The notes under the pieces were generated by a model that was not told the DNA's origin, did not search any database, and saw nothing but the letters and a program-made list of their open reading frames with translations. Source: Ginglymostoma cirratum (taxonomy: Eukaryota). Taken from it: a stretch of DNA of 64,000 nucleotides. The translations under genes were made by a program, and so were the position numbers. Of this stretch, positions 1 through 13,155 are shown one piece after another; within the stretch, counting starts at the first letter, position 1, and each line of letters begins with the position of its first letter. The stretch lies in assembly GCA_024137785.1 (NCBI GenBank), contig JAHRHZ010000223.1:21361112-21425111 (forward strand). Reading direction: 5' to 3'.

Positions 1-68
1 TCATGCCATCAATATTTGCACAAAATACATTTGAAGAAATAAATACGAAGACCTTAATTTGTCCATAA
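1..68 (+). other. Possible end of the last coding exon of an unidentified gene
   Basis: Frame 3 is open from the window edge (MPSIFAQNTFEEINTKTLICP) to TAA at 66-68 and is followed by UTR-like sequence. Frames 1 and 2 stop earlier. Too short to identify and could be chance. Confidence 0.2.
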
Positions 69-1160
69 TACTAAGAATTTCACGTCATATGGTTACAAAG
101 ACACACCGGAAGGAAATTGGAAAAGCTTATGATCTGTCATTGTGCCGTATGGAGATACAGCTTTGAATTTTCTGTGAAGAGATACAAATGCTACAGTGTT
201 ATACGTACTGAACGTTTGATTAAACAATCGTCTGGCAATTCCAATATGTAATTTTTCTCAAACAATTCATATTACCGAATGGGACATTGTCATTCATCAG
301 TAACCTGTGAACGATAGCAACAGCATTTTTAATTTTAATATTCATTTTCTTTCATTGACACTCTCCTATCTTGATAGTTTACAACTTAGTGGTCAACTAT
401 GTTAAGCATTGCACATTGTGTCTCAGGAGCCCATCCTCTCGGCTGGAGTTGCTGCAAATTAAGGCACTGGACTGTGCTGGTCATAACTCTTTTCATGTTT
501 TCATTCTTTTCTAAGAAGTCCCATGGCACTTTACCAGAAAGGTTGTCAGAAAATTCTGTTTACTATATAAAAGAAAGGATTCTTATATCAAACTCTGTCC
601 AATTGTAATATATGACACAAATTCAGCGCTGGGTTGAATTCACATGGAAAAGTTTGACATTGGTGTAACAACACTGGCATGCTGTTTGTAATTCCTGCTT
701 TCTTTTTAGGATGGTGCTAAGCTGTAAAAGTGACCAATACTGGAAAGTTTGTTTGGAATTTCTTTTGTAATTCTAATGCAAAGGATTCCGATAATAACAA
801 TAAAATACAGAATGATGCATTACTCAATAACCTTCTAATTAGATTTCATTTATTTTAAATCCATCTAGTCATTTGTTGACTTTGTTTAGATTTTAAAGTC
901 AAATTTGAAGATGAATTCTTTATCAGAATTCAAAGCATCATTTGTAGAAGGTCTTTTTTAGTAAAGAGGAAAAAATGAATTCATTTTACATTATAATTGT
1001 ATTATTGTTCCTTTTTGAAAATGCGTACAAGCCCTACAATTATCTGGAAGAGCTACCCCTGTACTATAGAAAACCACATTACAATTCATTATATAGAGGT
1101 GACAATGATTGTTTCATGGTTTAAAATAAATGGTCTTTTCAGATGCTAATCAGTCCATAC
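69..1160 (+). promoter_or_regulatory. Putative 3' UTR with polyadenylation signals
   Basis: Repeat-free AU-rich tract with AATAAA at 799-804 and 1125-1130; the second is followed by T/G-rich sequence. Confidence 0.35.
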
Positions 1161-2209
1161 TGTATTATCTGACTCATTCTTCAGTTACATGAGTTAATAA
1201 TTTATGGAATGAAATGTGTTATAATTTTACTGTGTCAGAACTGTGTTGTAATTATACTAATGCTACATTTGAATTATTTACAAAAGATAGTTTGATGGTT
1301 ATAATAACACAGTGCCTTTTGCCTTTCCTTCCACTAAGCTTCACTTAAAGATAAAAGGTTTGTAAAATACAAAAGAAACATCAAACCTTTAAGGACTATA
1401 TGGCAGGAATTGTGTTGTACATCAGTAAATTTAACATGATTAGAAGTTTTATGCAGGGAACAGTTATTCTGGAAAGTCCTGGGTATGCCTTTATTCTTGT
1501 CTTTATAATAGTGATGTCAAGTTATACGAAAGTACATCTTAGAAAATTGTGTTTTGAACAAATTGCATTTATATAGAACAAAGACATTTTTGTCAGTTAA
1601 ATAACTGCATTGCTGAGAATATTATCTGGAACTTCTCAAGAATATCACACCTGTTGTCCCGTGCTGAGGAGAGTTTATACTTTAAATCAGTAAGTCAGTA
1701 TAGATGTTGAATGTCAATTGATTTACAGAGGCTGTGTTACGGGAGATAATCAGAATTTCAACCACTGAATTTTAATACTGTGATGTTTATGCATGCATGA
1801 TTCCAATTGTTCATTTAAAACTTTTAAAGGAACTATTATCAGTAAACTCTTAATCAGCAATGGTTACTTCTACAAAAGTGCTATTTACATATCTGTATAT
1901 TGTGTTTCTGTCACTCCTCTGGTGCCATCGGGTAACATTGTTGTTTGTATTCTATATCATCTTCAATCTCAGCTTCCTGTTGAAACAATGGCACAGATGA
2001 AATTAATATATGGTATAATTTTACGCTAATGAGAAATGTTAAATTTTTAGTGGTAAATTTCCTGTCTCCAACTGATTTGACTGAAGCCCTTTTGGAAATA
2101 TGGTTTCCAACGGGGCACCGTAAGTATAAGATATGATCACTCACCTAGAAGGGATTATCAGAAAATGGCTAAATTGCTTGTAAGGGTAAAATGCAAAATC
2201 TTAATTTTA

Positions 2210-2290
2210 CTTATTCTTTCCTGGAATATGAGCATTGTTAGCAAGGTCATCATTTGTTTCTGTCACCTAACCGGCCTTGAGAAGGGCAAT
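2210..2290 (-). mobile_element. Family B LINE/SINE 3' tail fragment
   Basis: Degenerate match to the tails at 12370, 16563 and 23355 (..ggccttgagaagg). Confidence 0.45.
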
Positions 2291-3249
2291 AAAAACTTAT
2301 ATATAATGTACAAGTAATGGAAATATTGCCTAGTTACTCAGTGAAAGGCTTTTGTATGTGTATTAATCTTTTTAATAATACATGATTAAGGTCAAACGAT
2401 GACCCACAAATTCATCCATATACCTAAACCTACTCTTGATCATTTTTAAATGTTTGTTTTAGCACAAAATGATTGATATTAATATTTAGCTGCATTGTGC
2501 AGCACCATTCTATTTAGACATCAAAGAATCATCAAAATGTACAAGTGGATAAAACACTGCTTCCCTGCTAGATAGGATATTAGAAAACAATGAAGTATTT
2601 CAAGTATCTTGCTGTTTATCAGTCAATAATAGGTTACTCTTCACATTTTCTGTTAGTACAGCATTGATAATTCTTAGTCTACACCTGTTAGGATGTCATT
2701 TTCCATTACTGCTACATCATCATCTTCAAAGAAAAACTCCTGTGCTTTAATCAAGTTTATCTTTATTTGTGATTTAAATATTTCTATTTCCTGTTCCACA
2801 GAACTCAATTTGCTGTTTTAGTTCATCAATTTCTCTAAATTGAAGTAGTTTGTTTTTATAATTGGTGGAATAACTGATGAACTAATGACCTTTTTACTTG
2901 AGAATTTACTAGGGGCTTTCCTAATCATCTACCTTCAGTTCAGCCGAAATCTCGGTTCGCAGGGCGTTGGCTTCCACTGAAATGATAATAGATGATCATA
3001 GTCCTTCAAGAAATGGTCAATGTCTCTGCCTTTATTTTCAGGTTTTGTATAATTTGACACACCATGGTATATTCTATACCGTATAATTAATTGCCTGAGG
3101 ATAGACTCTGCAAAATATATTCTCACCTATTAGATAGTTCTGCAAATTACAGTTCCCTGTGCTTTTTCAGAAAAATTACTTTATCCAAGTTCAACACAGA
3201 ATATACACCTGGACAGATCATTAGGTTGTATCAGTTGTGGATGTAAACA

Positions 3250-4940
3250 TTCCACCCGCAACCCACCCTATCATATCTTTTATAATTCTAATACCGTAAC
3301 CCTGTATTTCCTCCCCCTTCCCATGCTTATTTAGTTACCTCTTTAATGCATCTTTACTAGTTATCTTAACTCCTTCTTTTTGTAATGAATTTTATGTTAA
3401 TAATTCAGGAGATTTTCCTTACTGCTGCTGAAACTTACATGAAAAGAATTCTCCTAATTTCCCTCCAGTTCTTTTGCTAATAATTTCAAAATCTCCAACC
3501 TCTGGTTACCAACTTGCCAGAGGTATTAATGTCTCTTATAATTTTGAATGCCTTTATTAAATCTCACCTTACTTTCTGTACTCTAAGGAGAACAAGTTCA
3601 GATTTTCCCATTTTTCCACATTATTGAAACATCTTTCCCAGTATCATTCTCTCAAACATCCTCCGTACCCAAGCTCTTGGCATACTTCCTAAAGTATTGT
3701 TGCCAAAATTGAACTTAATATTTCCTCTGAGGCTTACCCTGTAATTAGTATGAAGTTAGCGTGACTTGCTTGTCTGTTTATTCAATGCTCCTATTCACAA
3801 ATCTAAATATCCTGTATACTTTCATCTCTGTCTTATCAACTTGGCCTGTCAAAGACTTGTGAACATGTATCACTACTATTATACATACTTCTCAAGCTAG
3901 CACCACTTACATTACACTGTCTCTAACACTAACCCTAAATTCCCTTTATCTGCATTAAATTGTATCAATCATATGTTTGTCGATTTCAACAGTCTAAGTC
4001 CTAATGAAGATTGCTGCTAACTTTCTCACTTGTTTATTTTTGATTCTTACATATGCAGGTATGAGCTTATGTTTATTCCCATTGTTAGAATTTCCTTCAA
4101 CAAGTTGTTAGCTTGTCACCATAGGCTATGCCTTGAGAGGTGCCACTCTTCATCAAACATAGGTCACCAGGAAACATTCCTGTCCCTACTGTCTGCCAGA
4201 AACATTTTGGAAGAATTTACAGGTTGATGATCAACCTATTTGGCTATATTTGAACAATGAATACACTTTTAATGACCGTCAAGTCTGGAAGTGGAGGTTG
4301 AAGTCAAAATGTCTGGTTCAGAAGTGGGGATACCATCCATTACACCACGAGGCTTCTTTCGCACTATTCACTACAAAACAAAGATTTGTACCATGTGCAA
4401 ATTTCAAAATTGTGCTTGCTAGGGCCTATCATAAACTGAAGTAGGAGATCAGACATGATTTTATTGCATGGCAGCATAGGTTCAAAGGGCAAATGGCTTT
4501 CTCCAGCCCCTGTTTCTTATGTTCTCATGACCTCTTGGGCTCTAATCACATATTTCTCTTCAGTCAGAAAAATATCCATCCACCACTACTTTCTTCATCC
4601 GATCCCTTAATGAATTTCACCCTTGAATTATCACTATCTCTTTAAATTCCAAGCAAGTCTATTATTTGGTTATTTATTAAATCCGTATGAAACTATACGT
4701 ATATCACATCTACTACACAGCCATTATTAACTTTCTTTGTTACTCCATCAGTTAACTCAAACTAGTCAGTCAGACATGATTTACTTTTAACTCATCATGC
4801 TGACCGTTTTTTGTCAACATTCATTTCTCCAAGATGTAATTAACTTTGCCCTTGATCATGGTCTCTCGTAGTTTTCCCACCACTGGTGTTAGGTTGATTG
4901 ACCTGAACCTTCCAGGTTCATTATTCTCTCCTTTACGGAA
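3250..4940 (-). mobile_element. Old, fragmented CR1 LINE with later insertions
   Basis: Similar to the clearer CR1 copies (tctgtactctaaggagaacaag..; ttttcccaccactggtgttaggttgattgacctg). Interrupted by a short SINE near 4220-4355 and a plus-strand CR1 tail near 4440-4530. Confidence 0.6.
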
Positions 4941-4980
4941 CCATAGACATGGTGAGAGCAGTAGTGAGTTTATAGAATTT

Positions 4981-5068
4981 AAAGGGTTTGTTGTACTACT
5001 GAAGAGATTGCTGTGCTGTTGAAGGGATTGTCAGCACCGTTAAAGGGATCGCTGCATTGTTAAAGGAT
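4981..5068. repeat. Degenerate 20-21 bp minisatellite, about 4.5 units
   Basis: Units: aaagggtttgttgtactact / gaagagattgctgtgctgtt / gaagggattgtcagcaccgtt / aaagggatcgctgcattgtt / aaaggat. Confidence 0.7.
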
Positions 5069-7196
5069 GGACAGTAATCTTCATTACACAGGCCAATATT
5101 AATTTCATTATTCAATTCATTTATGGGAAGTGGCAATTTCTGGCAGCATCAGCATTTATTGCTCACCCTAAGGAGTCTTCTTTTAAACATTACTATCCTT
5201 AGAGTTGTTAGGGACTTTGATCAGGAGCAGATATCCAGCCTGGGTTCTACAAGATCTTAACTTGTACCACCTGTAAGTCTGTATGACATCATAATGGATG
5301 GTGTTTACGGTGTTCCTGGATATTAACCCTTCCAGATTCTTTCTGACCCACGTCTAATATTCTGCACCTTGTAGTTGTCAGACTCAAGATTACATCGGTA
5401 CTGACTGAGAATGAGGCAAGCTTAGCCTCCCAGACAAGGAATTCTGCATGGTAGAAAGATCTAAAAGGGAAAACAAGAAGAACAAGGAGGGTTGGAGGAG
5501 TAGAAGTAAGAAGAAGCTGGGTTGATATATTGTGCCAAAACCTGGACAGTGGGCAAAATAGGGAAAGGACTCCTAAGCATGTCTAAAGATATTTCTATAC
5601 TATTAATAATAATAATAATAAAATCTTGCTTAAATATTTCAAAAATCAGCCACAATATTTTGGGATGCAAATAAGCTTCAGTGATAAAAGTAGTTAGAAA
5701 TTTCAAGCTTGACTGAATGACACATTTCATTTGCATTACAGATTTGTTATATGCTTGCAATAATTTGTTCTGGATTTATCTCCATTTTATCAAATATGAG
5801 ACCTACATTTAAATTGCTTAAGCAATAAACTTGTTCCTTGAAATCTACACGCACTGCTTCGTTGGTAGCTTCATGTTTGTTAAAATACTGTAAGTAATTG
5901 ACTTCCTTTTTCAAAGTTATAAATATTGATTAAGAATTTGAAATGAGTTTACCTCATCAACTCTTAGGATTCACAAATGAATTTTTGTGGAAACCAGCTG
6001 ATGGAGTAATCATTTTGAAAAAGAAAATTGTAAGGAACTCTTTCAGTTGACTGAGTCTAACATGGACCAAATTCAGCAAAAACAGTGGAAAAAAAATTGA
6101 TGTGTTTAATTTTCCTTATTCATGTTGTAGGCAGATTTTTGGGATGGTTCACAATTTTGGGATTGGAATTGCTTTTACCTTCAGTGTTTTCACTTGTTTT
6201 GGCTCCATTTCTTTCACATTTCGATTTTTTTGTGATCATAGTTACTAAGAAGCAACTTTTGACCTATATATTTTCCCCCAACAAAGAAATGATAGAAGTC
6301 TCACCACATCCAAGGCTGTGTGGGAAAGCTATTTAATATTTAATACAAAGTTCATTTGTCCATTTGATTGATGTAATTGATGTGCATCTTTTTCGCCCCA
6401 GGATACAGGTTAATAACTCTCTAACCTGAGGAAAAAAAGATTAAAGCAAAATATCCTGTGGTTTAGGTGACCACTAGTAATATTTTATTACAAAAAGGTT
6501 TTTCTGGCTGTCTACTAAGATCAAATTATGTCTTTGCAACTTTGTCTTTCCAGTTTTCTGCCTTTCAAAAACGAGTCAAATAAATAAACTTATCAGTTGC
6601 AAAAATACAAAATATTATTTAATTTATCTCCTTTAAAAATAGACCAGTGACAACAGATGTTCTCCTTCACCGCATTAATACTGAATTTCATTTGACTTTG
6701 TAGAATCTCATTTCTTTTGTTGTAAAGCACAGCACATATAGAAAGCATAATTTTATAGTTAAAATGCTAAGTAATATAAAGTGAATAAATCTGTCAGCAG
6801 GGTGAAATGCAGAGATAGAGTGACATTAGTTAATTTGATATTTATTCAGTGCTGTCAGTGTGAGAGAAAATTATGACTATGGATAAAAATGGAAGTTTGT
6901 CAAGTCTTACTGTCAACCTTATCATTTTTAATAAATGATCACTGTGGGATACTGAGGAGCACGCTGACAAGCAAATACAATCAGTGCACGTTTTTGTACT
7001 TGAGTTTAAATTCAGAACAGGCCAACTTTGTGGGTATAGGAAGGAGGGAGAAAGAGTCTCTGCTCTCTTCTGACTGCAATATTTCCTTTACAATGTGAAC
7101 TTGGAGAAGATTTAATCTACTCTTCAGCCCCTGTTTAATGTTTGAATTGCAATTGCTGTACAATTCAAATCTGTGCTGTACATACTTAGTGTTTCA

Positions 7197-7532
7197 GATG
7201 TAGTGGTTAGCACTGCTGCTTCACAGCACCAGGGACCCAGGTTCAATTCTAACCTCGGGCAACTGTCTGTGAGCAGCTTGTACATTTTCTCTGTGTCTGT
7301 GTGGGTTTTCACTGGGTACTGCAGTTTCCTCCACAATCCAAAGATGTGCAGGTTAGGTGAATTGGCCATGGTAAATTGCCTCATAGTTTCCAGGGATGTG
7401 CAGGCTCCGTGGATTAGCCATAGTAAATGTTGGATTACAGGGACTATCATGATGTCGGTCTGGGTGGGATGCTCTTTGGAGGATCAGTGTAGACCTGATG
7501 GGTTGAACAACCTCTATCTGCACTGCAGGGGT
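7197..7532 (+). mobile_element. HE1-like tRNA-derived V-SINE
   Basis: tRNA-like head (agtggttagcactgctgc..gacccaggttcaattc), V-domain (..cagtttcctccacaatccaaagatgtgcaggttaggtgaattgg) and CR1-like tail. Matches 28392-28704 in reverse. Confidence 0.9.
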
Positions 7533-9227
7533 TGTTTTGGCCCAAAAGTGACACCCATGCCACATTTGTATACATGTGATGCAGTTTACGCTAAACAGCA
7601 TATTGCTTATGGCAATAGCATGGGGATTACAAATGTGTGTCAAAAGTATGCTGATGATGATGTTAGTCAGTATGTAATGCTCACTTGGTGGCAGCACTGC
7701 AAACTTGAACCTCGCCATTTAAAATAATGCATTCTTTTAAATGTATGTATGATCATGTATTCAGCATCAGCAAGGATCAACAACTAATGTTTAAAGAGAT
7801 CATCAAAAACTTTCGTTGCTGATTATTTTCTGCTGGTTCTGTTAGAGTCTGCAGAAGGTGGGTAATTTAGAAGAGTTGATTGTCATCAAAGTCGACAGAG
7901 AATAAGGCTGAATGTGGTGAACTAATAGTTGTGAGTGCAAGGAGTATGAGTAATCTACATGTCCTCAGTGATGTATGCCACACTGACAGTCCCCTTTAGG
8001 CTACAGTAGAAAAGGCAAATGGAGTAAAGGCATCAATTGGAGACCATCTGTCTGTAAAAGGAGAAGGGAGAAGAGCAGAAAGACTCTCCAGAGGAGGCTT
8101 CAGTTATGCAGAGTGTTCTGAGAGTACCTTTCTGAAGCCCGAAGCAATATTGTCATGTGTGGCTTCTGTGATTGAAAAAGCAGTTGCTCACAGCCAGAGA
8201 CACTTTTTGGAAGCCAATCTGTGGTGTCAAAACAGAGTGAGGACAGTGTCATGAACTGTTGTGTCATCTCTACTTAGTTCCAAGGCATAAAGTATACAAC
8301 AGGCAGTGCTGTGACCATGACCCTGAATTTCTTCATGTTCTATTTTTCCTGGTTAGAAAGTGAGTCTAACTTAATGACCAGTTTTTTATTCCTAAGAGGA
8401 TACTTCCTAACTTGACTCAAACTTTCAGAATGAGGGGAAGAACGCTGACATACCTTGTGCTGAGACTAAGGAGATGTGTTCTGTCTGATTTTGCCCTTGA
8501 TTGTCAATTGAAATTTCTACTTCATTAGAACTCTGTCTGACTCTGGATTGGATCTGAATTGGTTTCAGGTACAACTTGAGTTGGAGTAAATATTGGTACT
8601 CTAACCGTATTCCAAATATTCAATTTATCAGGTCCATTTGTTTCTCCCCAAGTGCAATCTTCTTCGTGAATCTGTGGATGTAAAACATAAACTCTAACAC
8701 TGTACGTTGGCCTTTAGTGTTTGAACTGGGTGTTCAGTTTCACTACAGATACAGAGATACTTGGCAGTCACATCATGTTGTGCTGTGAGTTTCAATTCTA
8801 TGTGACAAATTGATTCCATATTAACTTGTGCTTCTTACTAAGCCACCTCTTATTAAGCATGACTAAGTTTTATTCCTTCACTGTAATAATTTAGCCCATT
8901 GCTTCTTGCAGGTGATTGGTTCTCTCACTTTCCCCATTGGCCAAAAGGTTGTGATCAAAGTCGAAATCCATATTTCTGACTGAAGAAAGGCACAAATATG
9001 GAAATGAATTACTACCAATACAGAAGGGGATGACGCATAGCTAGAAGCATACACAAAGGAGTCAAGACATGCACAATAGGGATATGATCACTATATAGCA
9101 TTTAAATGAAAATTCATTTAAACTTGTAAAGAAATCATCACAGTAAACAGGCATTGGTGGGGCATTTTGTTAAACACAAAAAAAAATGATCTGCATAGAA
9201 TGTGAAAAGCAAAGGATTAATCAGCTT

Positions 9228-9544
9228 TACAAGATGCACAGCTGAAATTCCCCAATGATCCTGAGACAGCACCTTCTAAACCCGTGACCACTTTCATCTA
9301 GAAGGACAAGAGATCCCCTCCAAGCTACTTATCATCCTGGCTTGGAAATATATCACTGGTCCTTTCCTGTCACTGGGTCAAAGTCTTGGAATTCCTTTCC
9401 AAATGGCATCGTGGATCAACCTACAGCACATGGACTGCAGCGGTTGAAGGAGGCAGCTCACTATTACTTTCTCAATGGCAGCTAGGGACAAACAATAAAT
9501 GCTGGCCAGCAAGCAACACCCACTTCCCACAAGTGAATAATAAA
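9228..9544 (+). mobile_element. Family B LINE (CR1/L2 group) 3' end
   Basis: Reverse complement of the 23355-23700 copy; ends aataaatgctggccagc..gtgaataataaa. Confidence 0.8.
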
Positions 9545-10319
9545 GTACTAAAAACTCGATCACTGTGAAACGCATCAACTGCAGACTCTTCTGGTTTTGC
9601 AAATAATGGTAATGTATGATAATAGTTTTGGGTGGCTTGTGGTCATATTATAATTGGAACACTGAAATAACCAACATGATTGCAAAGTGTATAAAGGTCT
9701 AAAACAAACAGCAATCAGGGAGATAAACTCTTTGCAATCTGTTAGTCCTGTTTTCTTCCTAGTGTAATAAGTCACTTGGATATAATGTGGTACCTGGAGT
9801 GTTGGTCCTGCTGCTATTGCATGAAATACCTCCAAAAAATATTGTTGACTTTTTCTGATGGACTGCATCAACATTGGTCCCATGTGTGTAAGTTCTTATG
9901 AACTGGGAGCACTAGGCAGGCATTCCTGATACGTTAACTGTTTATACAAAGCAATATGTTGGTTATGAAGGAACCATGCTACTGAAGAAATATGTTTTCA
10001 CCAGATCTTCCAGCAACGAAGCCTACATTCCAGGTATATGCCTTCCTTAAAGTGCCAGATTTGTGAACAAACGTCTTTTCCGATTTTCCTAATAAGATTG
10101 CACCTGTTAATGGAAAGTCCAGTGGGCTGGGGTGTTAATGGGAACTCATGGCGTGTTAATAAACATAAAAGTGGTTCCCAACAGTCGGGAAGGCCAATCC
10201 ACCTGAAGGATTCTGGTCATTTAATACTGAAACTTTAACTTGACATTAGGAATCTGAATTTTGAACTCCTGCACTGTTCAATTCCATTTCCCACCTTTCT
10301 AAATGCGCAAGGAAAATTG

Positions 10320-11045
10320 TGCTCTCCATTACAGCCTTGGTTGAAACATGGATAAAACAGCTGAAGTCAAGAAGGGAAGTGAGAGTGACTGCCTTCATCA
10401 AGGGCAACATTTGACAGAGTGTGACATCAACAAACATAAGCAAACTTGAAGTTAATGGAAATTGAGGGAACACTCTCCACTGGTTGGACTCATACCTAAT
10501 GCAAGGGAAGATGCTGTTAAATACCCATCAGCCCAGTCCCAAGATATTGCTCTAGAAGTTTATCAAGTCAGTGTTTGAAATCCCACCATTTTTTGTTTCA
10601 CCGATGGCCTTCTCTCATAAATAAGGTCTGGAGTGAAGATGTTTGCTGATGATTGCATGCCTTCAGTGCTATTTATAATTTTGAGATACTGGAGCTCTCC
10701 ACACCTGAATGCAGCAAGACACAGACAATGTTCTGACTTGAGGTGAAATGTGGAAAGAACAAATTCACAACACAGGTGCCGCAATAACTATCTCCAGTAA
10801 GACAGAATGTAAATATTGCCTTTGCATTCAATCACATTATCAGCCCTGAACCTGTGATAACTCCTTCAAGGCACATGGGGAAGCACTAATTAATCTCCTT
10901 GTGGAGCTAGTTGAGCATGCGTTCCCTTGGTAACAGGCAAGCCATATGAAAACTTTGGTTACAAAAGCAGATCAGAAACTGGAGATTCTGTGGCAAGTAT
11001 CTCACCTCGAAATTCCACAAAACATTATCAAGTGTGGTGAAATGA
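10320..11045 (+). mobile_element. Family B LINE, decayed RT region
   Basis: gtgaagatgtttgctgatgattgc encodes VKMFADDC near 10632-10655. The downstream part resembles the reverse complement of 24200-24390. Confidence 0.75.
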
Positions 11046-11584
11046 AATTTATATTAACTTGTTAGGTGTGTTCTTTTCATGTTCACACGGTTTCTGAGAT
11101 CTGATGTTGTGGATACTGAATGAGTGGCTATGGTAGTGACAAGAGAGTATGAGGGTCAGGATGTTGCTTGGTGGTGTTGGGCTGCTATGAACTTTTCAAA
11201 TAACTAGCATTAGTGAACAGTGTATTACTGGAAAAAGATGTGTGTGATGATTACTAAATTTTCTTTCACAATGAAACGGAAAGCTTTTATTATGCACTAA
11301 TACCTCTGATATTTTAAGAAAAACATGATTAAATTCAAGCTTTAATGTGGCATTAACTACAAAGGATGCATTTACATCAGCTCCTCAGTCAGTTATGCTT
11401 ATGGAGGAGGAAATTTTGTTGCAATACAGGGAACTGTGTTGATATCAATGGTGAACTATGGTCATTTGCAGTACCAGACAAAGTCAGATATTTGTCCCAC
11501 CATTTAGTGGTCCCAGTAGTCTTGATCAGACTAGCCGACTCTGCAACACAGTCAGCTCTTTTTGACATTGAAAAATTGTAACAA

Positions 11585-11750
11585 AATAAAAGCCATGAAT
11601 GCTGAAAATATGATATAATTGAACATTCTGGAAATGGCTAAAGGCCAGTCGTAACATCTCAGAAAGAAAAAAAGCTGGACCAGTATTTCACTGTTCAGCA
11701 GAATTTCTGTTGAAGTACGACTGATGGATCAGCTGTAGCTTTGTCCATTT
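11585..11750. mobile_element. Very old Penelope-derived short element
   Basis: Degenerate aatgctgaaaat..ctggaaat.. head plus central palindrome ttcagcagaa-t-ttctgttgaa, the same layout as 25285-25450. Confidence 0.4.
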
Positions 11751-12369
11751 TAAAGCTGTGAAATAGCAGCACTAAAGTAAAGGAGCTGATTAATGCAATG
11801 TCCAGTGACCTACTTTTCAGTGTGTGGTTGACAATGGCAAGATCACATTTACTACTAGACAGTGGGTGCTGGTGTACAACATTTGTGCAAGATTGGTTAA
11901 TAGCTTAATAGTTACTTAAATTAGGAGGTGCTATACTTCAAGATTTTTGGCAATTTAGTATGGAAAGGATTTGGAAATGATTAATGTGAAAGTGATGCAT
12001 TATAAATTAAGGTAAGTTCAAAATGGTTAAGGCACATCTTACAGCTTGATGCTGGAGCTGCAGTGACCCATCTCTGTAGCTTCTCGCAAACATTTCCAAC
12101 ATTGGGTTTGGTGCGGTTCAGCTTTGGAGGAAACTAACTTCAAAAGGGATGTGCAGTAATAAGCTTGATTAGAAGCATTACTGCCCAACCCATGGCCGGA
12201 GGGAGGAACTAAGCTTCAAACTTTCTACTAGACAGAAGATAAACCCTCACAAATTCAGAGACCAGTTTTAATAAGGACTGGAAAAAAAAACAATTTATGA
12301 CCTGCACTAGGAATTCAGATGCGGCCAGTTCCTTTTTGCAGGTAATACTGACCAGAATTTTAAAAACAT

Positions 12370-12790
12370 CTTTTATGGAATGTGGACATTGGTGGCTGGG
12401 CCAGCATTTATTGCCCTTCCCTTGTTACCCTTGAGAATGTGGTGGTGAGCTGCCTTCTTAACCCATAACAGTCTTCGGGTTCATAGTGACACACACAGCG
12501 CTATTAAGGATGGAATTCCAGGATTTTGACCGAAAGAATTCCATGTTCGGATGATATGTGGCTGGAAGGGGAACGTGCAGATGTTGGTGTTCACTTGTAT
12601 CTGCTATCTTTGTCCTGCTTCGTTGAGACGTGGGTTTAGTTGATATTGTTGAAGTATGGAAGGAGACTTAGTAAGTTGTTAGAGTGCACATTGATGGTTT
12701 ACACACACAACCTGTTGCTGTATCAGTGGACAAAAGAGTAAATGTTGAAGGTGCTAGATGGGTCACTCATCAACCAAACAGGATGCCATT
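12370..12790 (-). mobile_element. Family B LINE 3' portion
   Basis: ggctgggccagcatttattgccc..gagaatgtggtggtgagctgccttc; aligns by eye with the 16563 and 23355 copies. Confidence 0.85.
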
Positions 12791-13104
12791 CCAGAAAAAC
12801 AAATAGGATTGCATGGACTATAGACTTGCAAGCCTCAGCAAGCAGTACAGATAGAAAGATGTGTGGAAATTACAAGTAAATTGTGTTGCATGCATTCTAC
12901 AGAACATACCAACTTCTTAATTTGACATTGCTCATTGGTTCAGTCAACTGCAGTGGACAAAATTTCAGATGAGTATATATGTAGAACACTGCCTAATTTG
13001 TATTTCAAGGGAGATTACATGATTAGGCTTTCAGGGAGTCTGAAGTATGTAACAAAATAAATACCTTTACCAGTCTTCAGATGTTACACTGGCACTTTAT
13101 GATG

Positions 13105-13155
13105 CATATGATTTTATATGATTTATATCATATGATTTATGATTTATATCATATT
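13105..13155. repeat. Low-complexity tandem repeat (atgatttatatc-like)
   Basis: atgattttatatgatttatatcatatgatttatgatttatatcat. Confidence 0.7.

Noticed and set aside
4981-5068. CRISPR-like repeat array
   Set aside because: Units are contiguous and degenerate with no unique spacers, there are no cas genes, and the DNA is vertebrate.
7173-7727. Longest ORF (184 aa) as a protein-coding gene
   Set aside because: It largely overlaps an HE1-like SINE; the peptide is a translation of SINE sequence.
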